Below the pieces are notes generated by a model. That model was not told the DNA's origin. It saw only the letters and a list, made by a program, of their open reading frames with translations, and did not search any database. A program made the translations under genes and the position numbers. 64,000 nucleotides of DNA from Eledone cirrhosa (taxonomy: Eukaryota). Location of the stretch: positions 65,100,001 through 65,164,000 of the forward strand of contig OZ024741.1 in assembly GCA_964016885.1 (NCBI GenBank), read 5' to 3'. Position 1 is the first letter of the stretch, and each line of letters starts with the position of its first letter. This document shows positions 50,407 through 63,190 of the stretch, one piece after another.

Positions 50407-50835
50407 ATAATAATTAAGGGAAATGAGATCAGTGTTGCATCATATACATGTTTAATCACATGTTACATATGTTTCACTGTCGATCAGCTCGAGGAACGAT
50501 TAATTATGTTCGTTCCGGACTCTGGAATCAAAAGCTCCTCAGATATGTGCTTTCACATGTTGACTCACATCCAAATGTTGCTGAATTATTCAGCAACATT
50601 TGAATATGAGTCTACATGTGAGCTTTCGATTCCAGAGTCAAGAGCAAACATAATCGATTGTTCCTCAAGCTGATTGGCTGTGAAACATGTAATATGTGAT
50701 TAAACATGTATATGATGCAACACTGATTCTTTGTTCCCTAATTATTATTGATACTCTGCTCCCCAATAGCATCGAGTGCTCATCTTGACATCCTATCTGC
50801 AAATGCAATCCAATTGCACTCTTTATTACTTTATA
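50407..50835. mobile_element. Penelope-like terminal repeat palindrome
   Basis: Imperfect ~340-bp palindrome 50407-50748 centred at about 50587, followed by atactctgctccccaatagcatcgagtgct. Confidence 0.75.
50457..50549 (-). ncRNA. Type I hammerhead motif with long helix II insertion
   Basis: CACATAT-CTGAGGA-GCT...AGT-GAAAC-atat-GTA-ACATGTG. The opposite arm has ATATGTG, which restores a perfect 7-bp helix I. Confidence 0.7.
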
Positions 50836-51235
50836 TTATATATATATGTCTTGAGATAATATATATAATGATTAGCTATCATTAAGTAGTTGAGGGGGAG
50901 ACTAAAGGTGGTACATGATACCTAACAGACAGTGAATTAATGAGTAAATGAATGGGAAGAGTGGAATACTGTTTTTAAAAACCAACTGACTACATTTAAG
51001 AAAGTGTCTACATCTATGTATTATAAATACAAAGACCTCCACCATCACTACCACAATAATATACGCCTGAACAGTGTAAGAGAATGTTCTCTGATCTGCA
51101 GAACCTCATGGTGGTCCTAGCAGACTGAGGGAATACATAACATCCAGAGAATGGATAAAGATAGATCATTAAATAAAATATAAAATGGCATAGTCAAATA
51201 TAGGTATTCATTAGCAGTTTGAGTGGTTTATTAGT

Positions 51236-51448
51236 TTGACCCTTTAGCATTTACTATTGTATCTTCATGGTAAACACTTTATTTCACATAATTATCGTAC
51301 GTAATATTGAATCTATGAGATTTTGATGTTGTTTATTTTGAGAACAATACCTTAACATAAGTATGAGCAGCCAGTTATGGCAGATTTGAATAGAAAGAGG
51401 TGAGAGAATTCTGGCCAGATACTGCCGGTTTAAATGCTAAAGGGTTAA
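51236..51448. mobile_element. piggyBac-like MITE family A
   Basis: CCCTTTAGCATTTA ... TAAATGCTAAAGGG-TTAA. Confidence 0.85.
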
Positions 51449-51499
51449 AGTGCTTAAATGCTATGAAAATCCTATATACACATAAGGGAAAGTGTTCAG

Positions 51500-51775
51500 A
51501 CGGCTTGTTCAAGCATGGTATTTCCAGGCTCTTAGCTGTTAGATGTCATAGCTGAGATTTTTAAGTCCTCAGATATATGCACCTAGTGATGTTTGGTTGG
51601 ATTTCTCTGAATGTTAGAAAGTATGGGTATGTGAGTGGTGTCTTGTGATAAAATGATTGATTCAGTGTCATACCAATATAGACCTTCAGCATGGAAACAG
51701 TTTTGACAGTATTGGCAGACAATGTCATAGATTTGACATTGCAAGTCAGCAAGGCTAGAGTTTGAGTTGCTCAAT
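51500..51775 (-). pseudogene. Penelope-like element GIY-YIG endonuclease relic
   Basis: Across frameshifts: CQIYDIVCQ / TVKTVSMLKVYIGMT / HTHTF*HSEKSNQTSLGAYI*GLK, matching the IVYQA..YIGMT..H..F....T.L..YIW.LK pattern. Confidence 0.7.
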
Positions 51776-52320
51776 ACAGAGTAATGTAAATGTTAAAGGG
51801 TTAAAACAGCATTCACATTAAAAATTAAAGCATTTATTCTAATATTGAACATTTTTATAACAATCTGTCAACTAGTAAAAGATATTACAAATATTAGCAG
51901 AAAAACCACCCTTCGGGTGTTTTGCTGCTAGCATGTGTAGTGTGTATATATTGATATTATACGCAAGTATATATACATGTAGATATGATACATCAAATAA
52001 AATCGTAATTGACAATATACACATAAATTGAACGAAGACTGTGTTACCCTGTCTTATGTAATCAGTAACGTAATCCATGATACATTTAAAAAAAGGCGAT
52101 ATTATATATAAACTGCATTAGGAGAAAATTAGCGACGGAAATATATGCGATTATAAGTATTATAATATAACGGCCGCTAACCAGAAGTGTTGACATTTGA
52201 CAATTTTAAAGAAGTGAATTTTAAAGGTCTTTAAATAAGCTATAAAATATATTTAATCAACAGCCACGAAATTTAGCACATAAATTATGTAATATTCATT
52301 CATTATTTATTATTTATTTA

Positions 52321-52510
52321 GGGCGGTGGATTGGCAGTATCGGTAGAGGGTCGGACGCCATGCTTTCCAGCATAGTTACGTCCCTTTACGATCTGAGTTC
52401 AAATCCCGCCGAGGTTAACTTTGCCTTTCATCCTTACGGGGTCGATAAAATAAAGTACCAGTAATGCACTGGGTAATTGCTGGCCTTGTGCCTAAAGTAA
52501 AAACAATTAT
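52321..52510 (+). mobile_element. SINE family 1, full-length young copy
   Basis: GGGCGGTGGATTGGCAGTATCGG...GAGTTCAAATCCCGCC...aaacaatt in a (TTAT)n target. Confidence 0.92.
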
Positions 52511-52652
52511 TTATTTATCTTCATACAAGGCCCAATTATAACCATCTTCCCAGATTGTAAGAGCGATCAAATTTGTGACCTAGTCATCAGGAGTTTGAAG
52601 AGTTTGAAGATACCATTAAACATATAGCGTGTTAAATGCTTTATATCATCAT

Positions 52653-52700
<48 letters not shown>

Positions 52701-53660
52701 ATTTATATTTATATATATATATGCATGTAGTTATGTATACTTATATATCTGTATATGTTTCTAAATATACTTATGTCTATTCATATGTGTATGTATGTGT
52801 GTGTAATGTATGCAAATGCTTACCAATACAAATGTATATGACCAGGTGATTGGCAGGTAATTGCTTGTATGCATTTATTATCAGCTCATGCTGACACTAG
52901 CTGATAAACAGAACCTACTTATAGTTTAAACTAATTCTATGTTTGAATATGTCAGGATGAAGTGCGTGGTTAGTAAAATATTGTTGATAATGTCTTGAAG
53001 AGTAAATAAGACAGGTACTGGAACATGTTGTTGCACAACCGCAACTAATTCCACATAGATATCCTGCAATCAGTCCTGTTGTTTGTACCATAGTGTAGCT
53101 ACTGAAACAGTGTGTGCTGAGCACTGTACTAAAATGATGAGCATTGTGTGACAAATCTGGGGGAAGTTTCTATGTTGTTACATAACATGCTAAAAGCAGT
53201 AGTTAAATATTTTCCACATTACATCATACCACCTTGAAAAAGAAAAAAATACACATTGCATATTGTAGTCCAGGATACATTATACCTAAATATAAAATAA
53301 TGAGGGAGAGGTCATGGCTAAAATTCCTTTGATCATAGGTCTACTCAATCAGGGATTATCTGGGGCTAATGAACAACAACTATAACTAAAAGAACTGTTT
53401 GATGTGCAGTTGAGGCCAGCCCATGTCACTCATGTCACTCATGTCACTTACATTCTTGAAAAGACAAACAGATACACAAACTAAATATGTCACATGCTTT
53501 TGTTTGTTTTTGTTTTACTTGTTAGGTCTGGAGGAAGTGGAACTATGATTTGTAGCACTGATGCTTAAATTGTTGTTTTGTTGTCTTTTATTTTTTTCTT
53601 CCACTTTTTCCTACAAGAATTATTTTAATAAAACTGCCAAATGTTGATGCTATTAAATTA

Positions 53661-54125
53661 CTGTATATACTCGAATATAAATCATTCCAAATTTTTAAGC
53701 CTGATAAATGGTCATCATCATCATCATCATCGTCATCGTTTAACGTCCATCTTCCACGCTAGCATGGGTTAGACGGTCAATACTTGAATATAAGTTCATC
53801 CAATTTTATGTCTGATAAATGGTCAATACTTGAATATAAGTTCATCCTATTTTATATCTGATAAATGGTTAATACTTGAATATAAGTTCATCCTATTTTA
53901 TATCTGATAAATGGTCAATACTTGAATATAAGTTCATCCAATTTTATGTCTAATAAATGGTCAATACTTGAATATAAGTTCATCCTATTTTATGTCTGAT
54001 AAATGGTTAATACTTGAATATAAGTTAACCCTATTTTATGTCCGATAAAAGGGTAAAAATCTACACCCTATTTATAAGCCGAGGCAACTAATCAACACAT
54101 TGTTTAGATGGTTTATGTAAGCTGA
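53661..54125. repeat. 46-bp tandem array (6 units plus 1 diverged) within a pogo/Tc2-like MITE end, interrupted by an RTE tail (53712-53776, minus)
   Basis: Unit aatacttgaatataagttcatcc(t/a)attttat(g/a)tctgataaatggt(c/t) starts at 53779, 53825, 53871, 53917, 53963 and 54009. Confidence 0.9.
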
Positions 54126-54137
54126 ACATGATATAAT

Positions 54138-54252
54138 ATAATAATGAAAATTATTGTGTACAGTGCTCAGGTGCACTACAACTCATCAAAGGTGCATGTA
54201 TAGTACATAGAATAATGTACAAATGTCAAAAAAGTGAACAGTGTATGTCATG
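54138..54252 (-). mobile_element. CR1 LINE 3'UTR fragment
   Basis: Reverse complement of about 41590-41705. Confidence 0.85.
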
Positions 54253-54515
54253 CTGAATTTCCTTGAGAATTACATTGAGGGTAAATGTGTTTGTAGAATA
54301 CTGAACAGGCTTATTGAGTTTATGAACAACTGGAAAATTCATTATTGAAACTGATGGAAGTCTATTTACCTTCCTTCAGTGTGTGTGTATGTATATGTGT
54401 GTGAATATATAATGTGTGTGTGTGTATAAGTGTTTATATATGTGTGTATGTGTATATATATCATCATCATCATCACTGTTTTACGTCCATTTTCTACACT
54501 AACATGGGTTAGATG

Positions 54516-54578
<63 letters not shown>

Positions 54579-55148
54579 TCCATGTCTGTGCTTTTGTTGA
54601 CTGTTTAACAATTGGTGCTGTTCGTTTGATATGATCCATATCTTAGTGGTTTGACAAATAAGAATAGATAAAATAAGTACCAGACTGAAACTAGTGAAAA
54701 AGTAAAAGAAATAGTTTTCTTTTTAGCTAAAAAATGGCCTCCTAAAAGATTAGTTCAGTTGACACCATTAACATATTTTCTTTAAACAACATTGCCATTA
54801 CTAGAAGTTAAGGGCTGAAACACTTGCTTGAAAGGGGGTCTCTTCTCTGAAGACCTTCTGCTGTCCAGCTCTCCTGAGAGTTTATTATTAGTAATACAAT
54901 CAACAGTTTCAGCAACATATTGTTTTCATATCATTATCAATATCAACATCATCATAAACAATACATTTATCAATGACAACAATAACAACATCAGCATTAT
55001 GAGTAACATTGAAATTCATTACAACACCAATAACACCAGTGGAATAAACAACATTGACATCAACAACAACAACAACAATAATGACAATCAGTTTATCATC
55101 TTCATCAAGATTATCAACTTGATTATCATCATCATAATCATCATCCAA

Positions 55149-55330
55149 GGGCGGTAGATTGGCAGTTTCAGGAGAGTGTCGGGCGCCATGCTTTGCAGCA
55201 AAGAGTTACAGCCCTCTACTGTCTGAGTTCAAACCCCGCTGAGGTTAACTTTGCCTTTCATCCTTACAGGGTTAATAAAATAAAGCACCAGTAATTGCTG
55301 GCCTTGTGCCAAAAGTAGAAGCAAATATCA
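55149..55330 (+). mobile_element. SINE family 1
   Basis: Matches 52321-52510. Confidence 0.85.
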
Positions 55331-55667
55331 TCATCATTGTGATAATGATGATGATGACGATCACCATCGCTATTACCTTAAAAACTATATTTAAACCTTT
55401 CATTACTATATTTCTAATGAAAGATATTGCCTATAATTTTGAAAATAAGCTAGAATTTGCTGATGTTTGGAACATAACTTAGTGATTCTTAAGTAAACTT
55501 AAAATTGAAGATTTTTAGATAAATATAAACACAAATAAAGATTTGTAACATGAAATCAGGGTTGGTTTCAGGTGTGTTAGCAAAAGGATTAATAATATGT
55601 ACCTATCACCTGCCTCTCCATCATCCAATTTATTATGGGATGATAATATAGTCCATTGGCTTTAACT

Positions 55668-55872
55668 TTAACCCTGTAGCATTTACATTACTCTATATTT
55701 ACTATTGTATTTTCATGGTAAAGACTTTACCTCACATAATATTGAATCTATGAGGTTTTGATATTATTTATTTTGAGAACATCAGTATGAGTGGCTGGTT
55801 ATGGCCAGTTTGAGGAGAAAGAGGTTAGAGAATTCTGGCTGGATACAGCCGGTTTAAATGCTAAAAGGTTAA
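55668..55872. mobile_element. piggyBac-like MITE family A
   Basis: TTAA-CCCTGTAGCATTTA ... TAAATGCTAAAAGG-TTAA. Confidence 0.85.
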
Positions 55873-55947
55873 GGAGAAGAAACAGATGTGGCAGACTAAA
55901 ATATAATTTGAACTCAGACACATGGTTCTTACATTGGACTTGAATAT

Positions 55948-56115
55948 AGGCACAGGCATAGCTATGTGTGTATGGCTAAGGAGTTTGCTTTGAAACCATG
56001 TGGGTCTGGATTTAGTCCTGTTGTACAGCACCCTGGGGTCTTCTACTATAGTCACAGGCTAACCAATGCATTGTGAGTGGAATTTGTTAGACAAAAATGG
56101 CAGAAGCCTGTCATG
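55948..56115 (+). mobile_element. Decayed tRNA-derived SINE (additional family)
   Basis: ggcacaggcatagct..gtcttctactatag..tgtgagtggaattt..agaagcctgtc. Reverse copy at about 17560-17715. Confidence 0.6.
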
Positions 56116-57239
56116 TATATATATATATATACATGACAGGCTTATATATATGGTATATATATAATATTTTTTACCACTACTGTCATTCCCCAGACAGTTT
56201 GCCCCTACTGCTGTCAGGTTGACTGATTAGCAGTAAGCTTAATTCTAACATGTGGAATGCCAGTATCGACCTGAAATTTTAGTAGTAAGGTCGATATTTT
56301 TGGATCCTCTGATGGACTTGCTTGCTGATGATTGCTAATAGTCCAGAATTTGTTGATTATTGGTTTACAATTAATCGAGGATTAGCAGATTTCCCCATTC
56401 ACCTGAAACAGTGCTGGACAAAACGTTTGAAGAATATATGTATTCTGGAAGCTTTCTATGTTAAACAACAGGGATACTGATTTATTCAAATGATCCAGCC
56501 CACAATGTATAGTGGTCGTGTAGGTGTCACAACAAAACGTATGCAGCATACACTGTAAATGTGGTTGGCATTAGGAAGGGCATCCAGCTGTAGAAACCAA
56601 GCCAGAAACAGGTCTATATGAGCAACTTATGGTCACCTGATCCAGCTTGCCTCAAACAGGACAACCTATCTCACCATACCATGTAAAATAGACATTAAAT
56701 TATGATGATGATGATTAAAATTGTGTGTTTGACAAAAGCCATAGCTGGTTGTTCTACTTATAAGGCTTGTACGATAGGATACAATTTGTCCACCCATGAG
56801 ACATGAAATCTATCTATCTTCTGGAGTCTGACAGCTGATTATATGTATGATATGGATGTATGATATGTATGTATGATTGTATGTATGTATGTAGATTATA
56901 TTTAGCTCTACAATAGTTCACTTTAACATAATGAGAATATATGTCGTCAACATTAATTCATGCTTGAATTGTTTAATTATATTTGAACTTGACATTGCTT
57001 GTAACTCCTACTCATTGAAATATTTATCACAACAGCTACTTTCACCCAAATACAACTATCATGGCTGCAAATGACTACACTACTTTCTCACAAATTTTAG
57101 GCATTGTATCTATTAGAAATCCTTATTACCATTATTATTAATTCAGTAATGCTGTAGATTGGTAGTATCGTTAGAGTGTTGGACAAAATGCTTTGAAGTA
57201 TTTAGCTGCTGCTATTTGTTGTTGTTGTTGTCATCGTCC

Positions 57240-57405
57240 TTCTTCTTCTTCTTCTCCTCCTCATCCTCCTCCTCCTCTGCCCATTTATTCCTGGGAGTCT
57301 TGTTGGGGCAGAGTCTTCAAACACTCCAGTCAGAAGCAACCATCTCCCAACCGAGCTCAAGGGTGTTATCCAACCATCTTGTTCAGGGTCTACAACTGGG
57401 TGTCC
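57240..57405 (-). mobile_element. RTE (Expander/Rex3-like) LINE 3' end inserted in a SINE
   Basis: Reverse-complement homologue of 63001-63190 with a (GAA/GAG)n tail. Confidence 0.7.
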
Positions 57406-57595
57406 TGTATTTCCTATATTTACTTACAACTTTCTATGTTCTAAGTTCAAAACCAGCAACTTTGCCTTTTATCCTTCCAAGATTGATAAAATATATTATC
57501 AGTCAAATACTAGGGTTGGTATAATTAACTTTCCTTTTCATCCTTAAAATGGTGGCCTTGTGACTTGTGCTAAAATTATAAACTATAATTATTCA

Positions 57596-57820
57596 GTAGG
57601 ATTGGCAGTATCACTAGAGTGTTGGACAACATACTTTGTGGCATAGAGTTACATCTCTTTACATTCTGAGTTCAAATCCCACCAAGGTTAGCCTTGGCTT
57701 TCATCCTTACTGGGTTGATAAAATTAAGTACCAGTAATGCACTTGGGTTGATTTAATTGACTCCCCTACCCTCCAAAAAATTGTTTGCCTTATGTCTAAA
57801 TCAGAGACCATTGTTATTAA
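57596..57820 (+). mobile_element. SINE family 1, older subfamily
   Basis: ggattggcagtatc...ctgagttcaaatccc...ctttcatccttac. Confidence 0.75.
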
Positions 57821-58161
57821 TTCAGTAGTCTTATTTATGATGCATGTTTTTACTGTGCACTTTGTGTATATGCAGTTTGGGTACATGCAATTTGGGCATG
57901 TGCACTTTGGGTACTTGCAGTGTTTTGGTTTGGTTTTGTGTGTGCTTCTTTCTATTGTACTGAAAGTACTCTATGTGATCATATATGTAGTTCCTAGTAT
58001 ATGTATAAACTTTGGGACTTTTGGTATGGGTTATGTCTTTGTCTGCACATTATTTCATCATTTCCAAGGCAGCTATTATTTTAGGGATTGTATCTGCTTT
58101 TAATCTCGACATTATGCTGATATACTTACAGGTCTATAGATTTAAATAGCTTCTCTATTTT

Positions 58162-58383
58162 TTAACCCTTTTCATATCAACCTGACTAAAACTAGCTCTG
58201 GTGCTATGAAACAAAATCATCCATTTTAAAAGGTTCACCTTTAAATTAAAACCTTCCAACATACTTTTATATATATAAAAAAGAAACATGTTACATTACT
58301 ATCTTAGCTATGAAAAAATTAATTTTAGTAAAATCCCTCAAAATAGTATATTTCATTAGAAATATAGGTCATAAAAAGGTTAA
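58162..58383. mobile_element. piggyBac-like MITE family B (reverse)
   Basis: TTAA-CCCTTTTCATATCAAC ... AAAAAGG-TTAA. Confidence 0.7.
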
Positions 58384-58943
58384 AGTCATTATCTAGAAAT
58401 ATCCTCATCCTCATTATCATTACAACCACCACCACCTCCACCACCACCACCACCACCATCACCATCATTATTATTACTAATTTTGTTATTTTTTTTATTA
58501 GCAGCTGTCACCAAAACTATAACTAGGTCATCCATTTACAACTTACTTATTTTTTTCTTTTTATCTTTTTCTTTCTTTTTTTTCTTCTTCTTTGTAAAGA
58601 GTTAAATGATATGGCACCAGCAATAAACAACCTTTTTCCTATATAACCTAGTTTTTTAGAATCTGTCCCCTCCCCCCCCCTGTCACTGCCTCATGTTCCA
58701 TTTTTTTAAAATATATCATTTAAAAAAATATTATGACCTCATTTTTAATTAGATAGAATGGTTGGGTCAGATTTAAGTAATGGGGGTTATTCTTAATACA
58801 AAACCCCTAGCAAATAAAATAATGAATTGATTGGTATTGTTTAGCCCCAGGTCAGTCCTCTGTCAGCAGAGCTGTGACAAAAAATATTCAAGCTATGATC
58901 ATTGCATCTTTTTGTGTATCAAGATCAATACATTCTTCTTTAT

Positions 58944-59332
58944 TTAACCCTTTAACATTTAAACCGGACATATGTAGCCAGAATTCTCTCACCTCTTTCT
59001 GTTCAAACCGGCTGTAACCGGCCACTCATACTGATGTTAAGGTATTGATCTCAAAATAGATAATATCAAAATCTCATAGATTTTATATTATGAGAGGTAA
59101 AGCCTTTACCATGAAAATATAATAGTAAATATAAGGCAGGGCCGTCTTAACGCATGGGCATGCTGGGCAGTTGCCCTGGGGCCCCACGAGGATAGGGGCC
59201 CATACTAATCTATGTATGTAGCAACTTGCTGTCAATTGATAAATACTATAGTATACAGTAAGATCTGCCCGGGGGCCTATAATGCTGTTAAGACGTACCA
59301 GATATAAGGTAATATAAATGCTAATGGGTTAA
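58944..59332. mobile_element. piggyBac-like MITE family A carrying a nested hAT MITE
   Basis: TTAA-CCCTTTAACATTTAAAC ... ATGCTAATGGG-TTAA. The right TTAA is shared with a family-B copy (59329-59564). Confidence 0.85.
59137..59301. mobile_element. hAT MITE
   Basis: TIRs CAGGGCCGTCTTAAC / GTTAAGACGTACCAG with a perfect 8-bp TSD ATATAAGG. Confidence 0.9.
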
Positions 59333-59654
59333 CTTTTTTATTACCATATTTCTAATCAAATACACTTATTTGAGTTAATTAATGAAGAATTTGGAGGATT
59401 TACTAAAACTATTTCATTATTAAGATGGTGCTTGTAACATAACAAAAGGTTCTTAAATATAATTATGTTGGTAGATCTAAATTTAAATACAACTCCTTTA
59501 AAATGGATGGTTTTGATCCATAGGTTCAGAGCTAGTTTGGGTGGGTTGATATCAAAACAGTTAAAACAGCAGGGTCTGATTTAAATGGGATTTGACTGTT
59601 ATTTCTGGTATTTGGAGTAACGCTATAGAAACTCCTTCACTGGCATGTAAAGCT

Positions 59655-59868
59655 ATGTGGTAGACTGCGTAGGTGTCACGACAAAAAGCACCCAGCACAC
59701 ACTGTAAATGTGGTTGGTATTAGGAAGGGCATCCAGCTGTAGAAAACCAGCCAGAAACTCTCCTGTATGAGTGAAACATGGTCACCCGACCCAACTTGCC
59801 TCTAATTGGGACAAACCCATCAAACTCATGCTAGCGTTATTAGACATTATTTAAGGATGATGATGATA
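59655..59868 (+). mobile_element. RTE-related 3' tail fragment
   Basis: Homologous to 11440-11657. Another copy lies at 56500-56715. Confidence 0.8.
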
Positions 59869-60354
59869 AACCCATAACTCTTGATAAAGTGGTAGAAGCA
59901 CCGTTGTGACAGACAATGTCTTGGCCTCTTTAAACCTGGCATCCTCTCTTAAGGTTTGAACACAAGCTATTTCTTTTAGAGAAGGAGAGAAGTGAGCAAG
60001 AGGAAGAATTGATCCCAGGCCTGGACTGGCACTTTTCTTTTCTACTGATCTTGATAGGATGAAAGGTAAAGTTGATCTTGATGGGATTTGAACTCACAGA
60101 GTGTAGAGAACTGGAACGGATACTGCAAGGCATTCCACCGATATTTGAATGTCTCTGCCAATTTGGTCCTTCAAGATGGATTAGCAAAGGTAAATATAAT
60201 TTAGATGGACATGAGCCCCCCCACCCACCCCACCACCACCACCACCACACACACATAGAACAAAGAAAATATGAAGTAGTAATGATCATTCACACAAGGC
60301 ACAACAGCAATAACTGAAGTATTAATAATAAAAACAACAAAACGACAATTATTA

Positions 60355-60790
60355 CTAGGATAGTGCAGGCTACCCTTCCCTGCTCGAGCCAACAGGACTG
60401 GACCGAGGGGACGGCAACAGGCCAGATGGCATGACAATCTTCCCATTCTGTTGGGGTAGGTCCCTCATCTGGGATGCTACATGATGTGACACTTCTCTTG
60501 TGGCAACCTGGTGCATTCGCCTGTCAAGTTGAAGAGAGCAAACTATCAAACTATCAGCCTTTCTCTGATAAGTTTGTGGTTGAGTCTGTGGCAGTGGAGA
60601 GTTCCGGCGTTCTTGGCCCCTGGACCACATCCCTGTTCACTGCTATTGGAGCAGAGTTGGCTATCTGTAGGTATGGACCCCACGAGGTGGAGTGGCTGTT
60701 CCATTGTGTCTCCCTTTCCGTCCTCTAGGGAAATGTTTTCTCCATTCTGTCAGCTGGGATCAAGAGGAGGACGACATATTAGAGAACCTT
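60355..60790 (+). mobile_element. CRE-like retrotransposon 3' fragment (RLE domain)
   Basis: [63 protein letters not shown]. Confidence 0.85.
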
Positions 60791-60871
60791 TCTTCTACAT
60801 TTCTCATTCATTTCATATCATATAAACTAAATGTTGATACAAAGCTGTTATAAAGAAGTTTGTTATAGTAA

Positions 60872-60979
60872 ATAATTGTTTCTACTTTTGGCACAAGGCC
60901 AGCAATTACCCAGTACATTACTGGTACTTTATTTTATCGACCCCGTATGGATGAAAGGCAAAGTTAACCTCGGCGGAAT
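60872..60979 (-). mobile_element. SINE family 1, 3' half
   Basis: Reverse complement of the core and tail. Confidence 0.85.
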
Positions 60980-61419
60980 TAATGTTTGTCAAATAATTAC
61001 TATTTTTAAAAGTGAAATAAGTTGGTTTACTGATGAAGCGGTTTGGATTGTCTGTTGTATAAAAAACACACTAACTACATAGGTTTAATAACTCATGAAA
61101 TACTACACTTTATTTAACGGTTTTATTTTCTGACTGAAAGAGTAACAAAGACCACTTTTACAACAACAAAAGCAATAACAACAACAATAGTGCAAAAGAA
61201 GGCATTGTTTTCTTATATTCTTTTACAAAAAAACAAAAATTTGAAATGCTCACAAAGATTAAGAGAAAAACAAAAAAGCTAAGCTAAGACATATCGATGT
61301 ACAAAACAAATAGATAAGCAAGGTTGGCTGAAATAGATATTGTATTACACTTGCACACATACATGTGTGTGCACACACACACAGACACAAACATACTCAC
61401 TTAAACACACAGAGTGTAG

Positions 61420-61845
61420 AAGCTAGGGTCAGACAGATATTGAAGCACAAAACATAAACTAGATTCAATTAGATACCAAGGCATAAAAAAAATATAAACT
61501 TAGCTCAAATAAATATCAAAGCATAAAAACTAGTTAAACTTAGTTAATTTGATATCGAAGCTCAAAAACATAGATAACCTTAGCTTAAAATGAATGCATA
61601 GAAAAATAGATAAACTAGGCTCAGATAGATATCAAAGTACAGAACATAGATGAATGAACAAAATTGAAATAGATATCGAAACACATATAAATGGATAAAT
61701 TTAGTTCCAATAGATATTGAAACTCAAATAGATTAATTTAGCTCAAATAGATATCAAGGCATAAAAAATAGATAAGCTAGGTTCAGTCAGATATCGAAGT
61801 ACAAAGCATAGATGAAGTAAGCTAATATAAAACATCGAAGCGGAA
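61420..61845. repeat. Degenerate ~40-bp minisatellite
   Basis: aaaaatagataaactag(g/c)tca(a/g)atagatatc(g/a)aagc(a) repeated about 10 times. Confidence 0.75.
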
Positions 61846-63000
61846 GAAATAGAAACCACTGTACTTACAGAAGTGACGATATGTAGAATCAATAGACTCC
61901 TGGAAGACCTCATCTATGCTTGATGTTGAAAATACGGATAAGTCCACCAAACACTTATGGTATCTTTAGTTCTTTTCTCTATACTTTTGTTTTCTTTAAA
62001 GTTCAATTTTTTTGTGTTTGTGTATGTATGTTTTTTTTTTGGTTTGCACATTGGATAGTTGTATGTTCACATTTTGTAAATGTTATTGTTGTTATTATTA
62101 CTGTTCTTTGTTTTGCTGTTTTTTTAGATTTTTTTTTCACCTTTTCTTTTTCAAATTTCATAGCCCCTCTTTTTCTTCTTCTCATATTTCTTTATCTTCC
62201 TCTTTCACTCCACCTATCACTCATTCCTTTTATTCATTACTGTATCTTCTTTTTTCCCTTCTTTCTATTTTTAGTTCATTTCATTTATGCTCTTCTTTCT
62301 CTCTTTTAACTTTCATCTCTCCTCCTATCTCCTTCATCACATGCTCATCTCTCTCATTTATTTCCCTATATATTTATTTCCCTGACCAGTTCCCACTTTT
62401 AGTTAAGCTAACTCCCATTGCAGTGGTAAGAAATTCTCAGAAGAGCTGGTCAGCAGAAAGTCTTCAGAGAAGAAACCTCCTCAAGCGAGTGTTTCAGCCC
62501 TTAACTTATGTAGTCCACTGACATAATCTGTCCCAGTATATGATTAGTCTTGCAGGTCGATAAAATAAAATACCAGTCAAGTATTGGGGTTGATTTAATT
62601 AATTTCCCCTTTTTCTCCCAACTTGCTGGCCTTATGTCTGAATTAAAAACCGTATTATAGCAATAGTGGCTGAGTATTCTACTGACCTTATAATCCTCAA
62701 ACTGTCTCAGTATGACATGACTTGTCCTTTGAATTACAGGTAGGGGATTGCCAGATTGGGCTACAAATAGTGGACCATGCTGCCCTTCAATACTGCACAC
62801 TACTACCATTTATAGATTTGAGCTACCTCCTACTTTAAAATTTAAATAATTAACCCTTTCGTCACCATATTTCTAATGAAAGGCACAGTCTATGATTTTC
62901 AAATAATTTTAGAAATAATCAAAAATTTGGAGGGATATTATATAACTAATTTTCTCATTATTAAGCTGGTATTTGGAAAATAATAAAGGTTATTACTTAA

Positions 63001-63190
63001 TCCAACCAACAGGAGACCCAGGAGTAGACCCTGACCAAGACGGTTGGATAACATCCATGAACTTGGCTGGTCTTGCTTGGGGATCCAGCCAGATCAGTTG
63101 AAGACGATTGTTTCTGACAAGACCTGCTGGAAGGAGTGTTTGAGGACTCTGCCCCCACAACCCTCTCAGGAATAAGTGGGCGAAGAAGAA
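63001..63190 (+). mobile_element. RTE (Expander/Rex3-like) LINE 3' end nested in a family-B MITE (62850-63280)
   Basis: RRPRSRP..RLDNIHELGWSCLGIQPDQL..DKTCW..LRTLPPQP*, then a GAAGAAGAAG tail. Confidence 0.75.

Noticed and set aside
53779-54054. Regular 46-bp array as a CRISPR
   Set aside because: Units are contiguous with no unique spacers, there are no cas genes, and the array derives from a MITE end in eukaryotic DNA.
61869-61963. Minus-strand open frame ending at a GTAAGT donor
   Set aside because: No polypyrimidine acceptor upstream and no recognisable homology.
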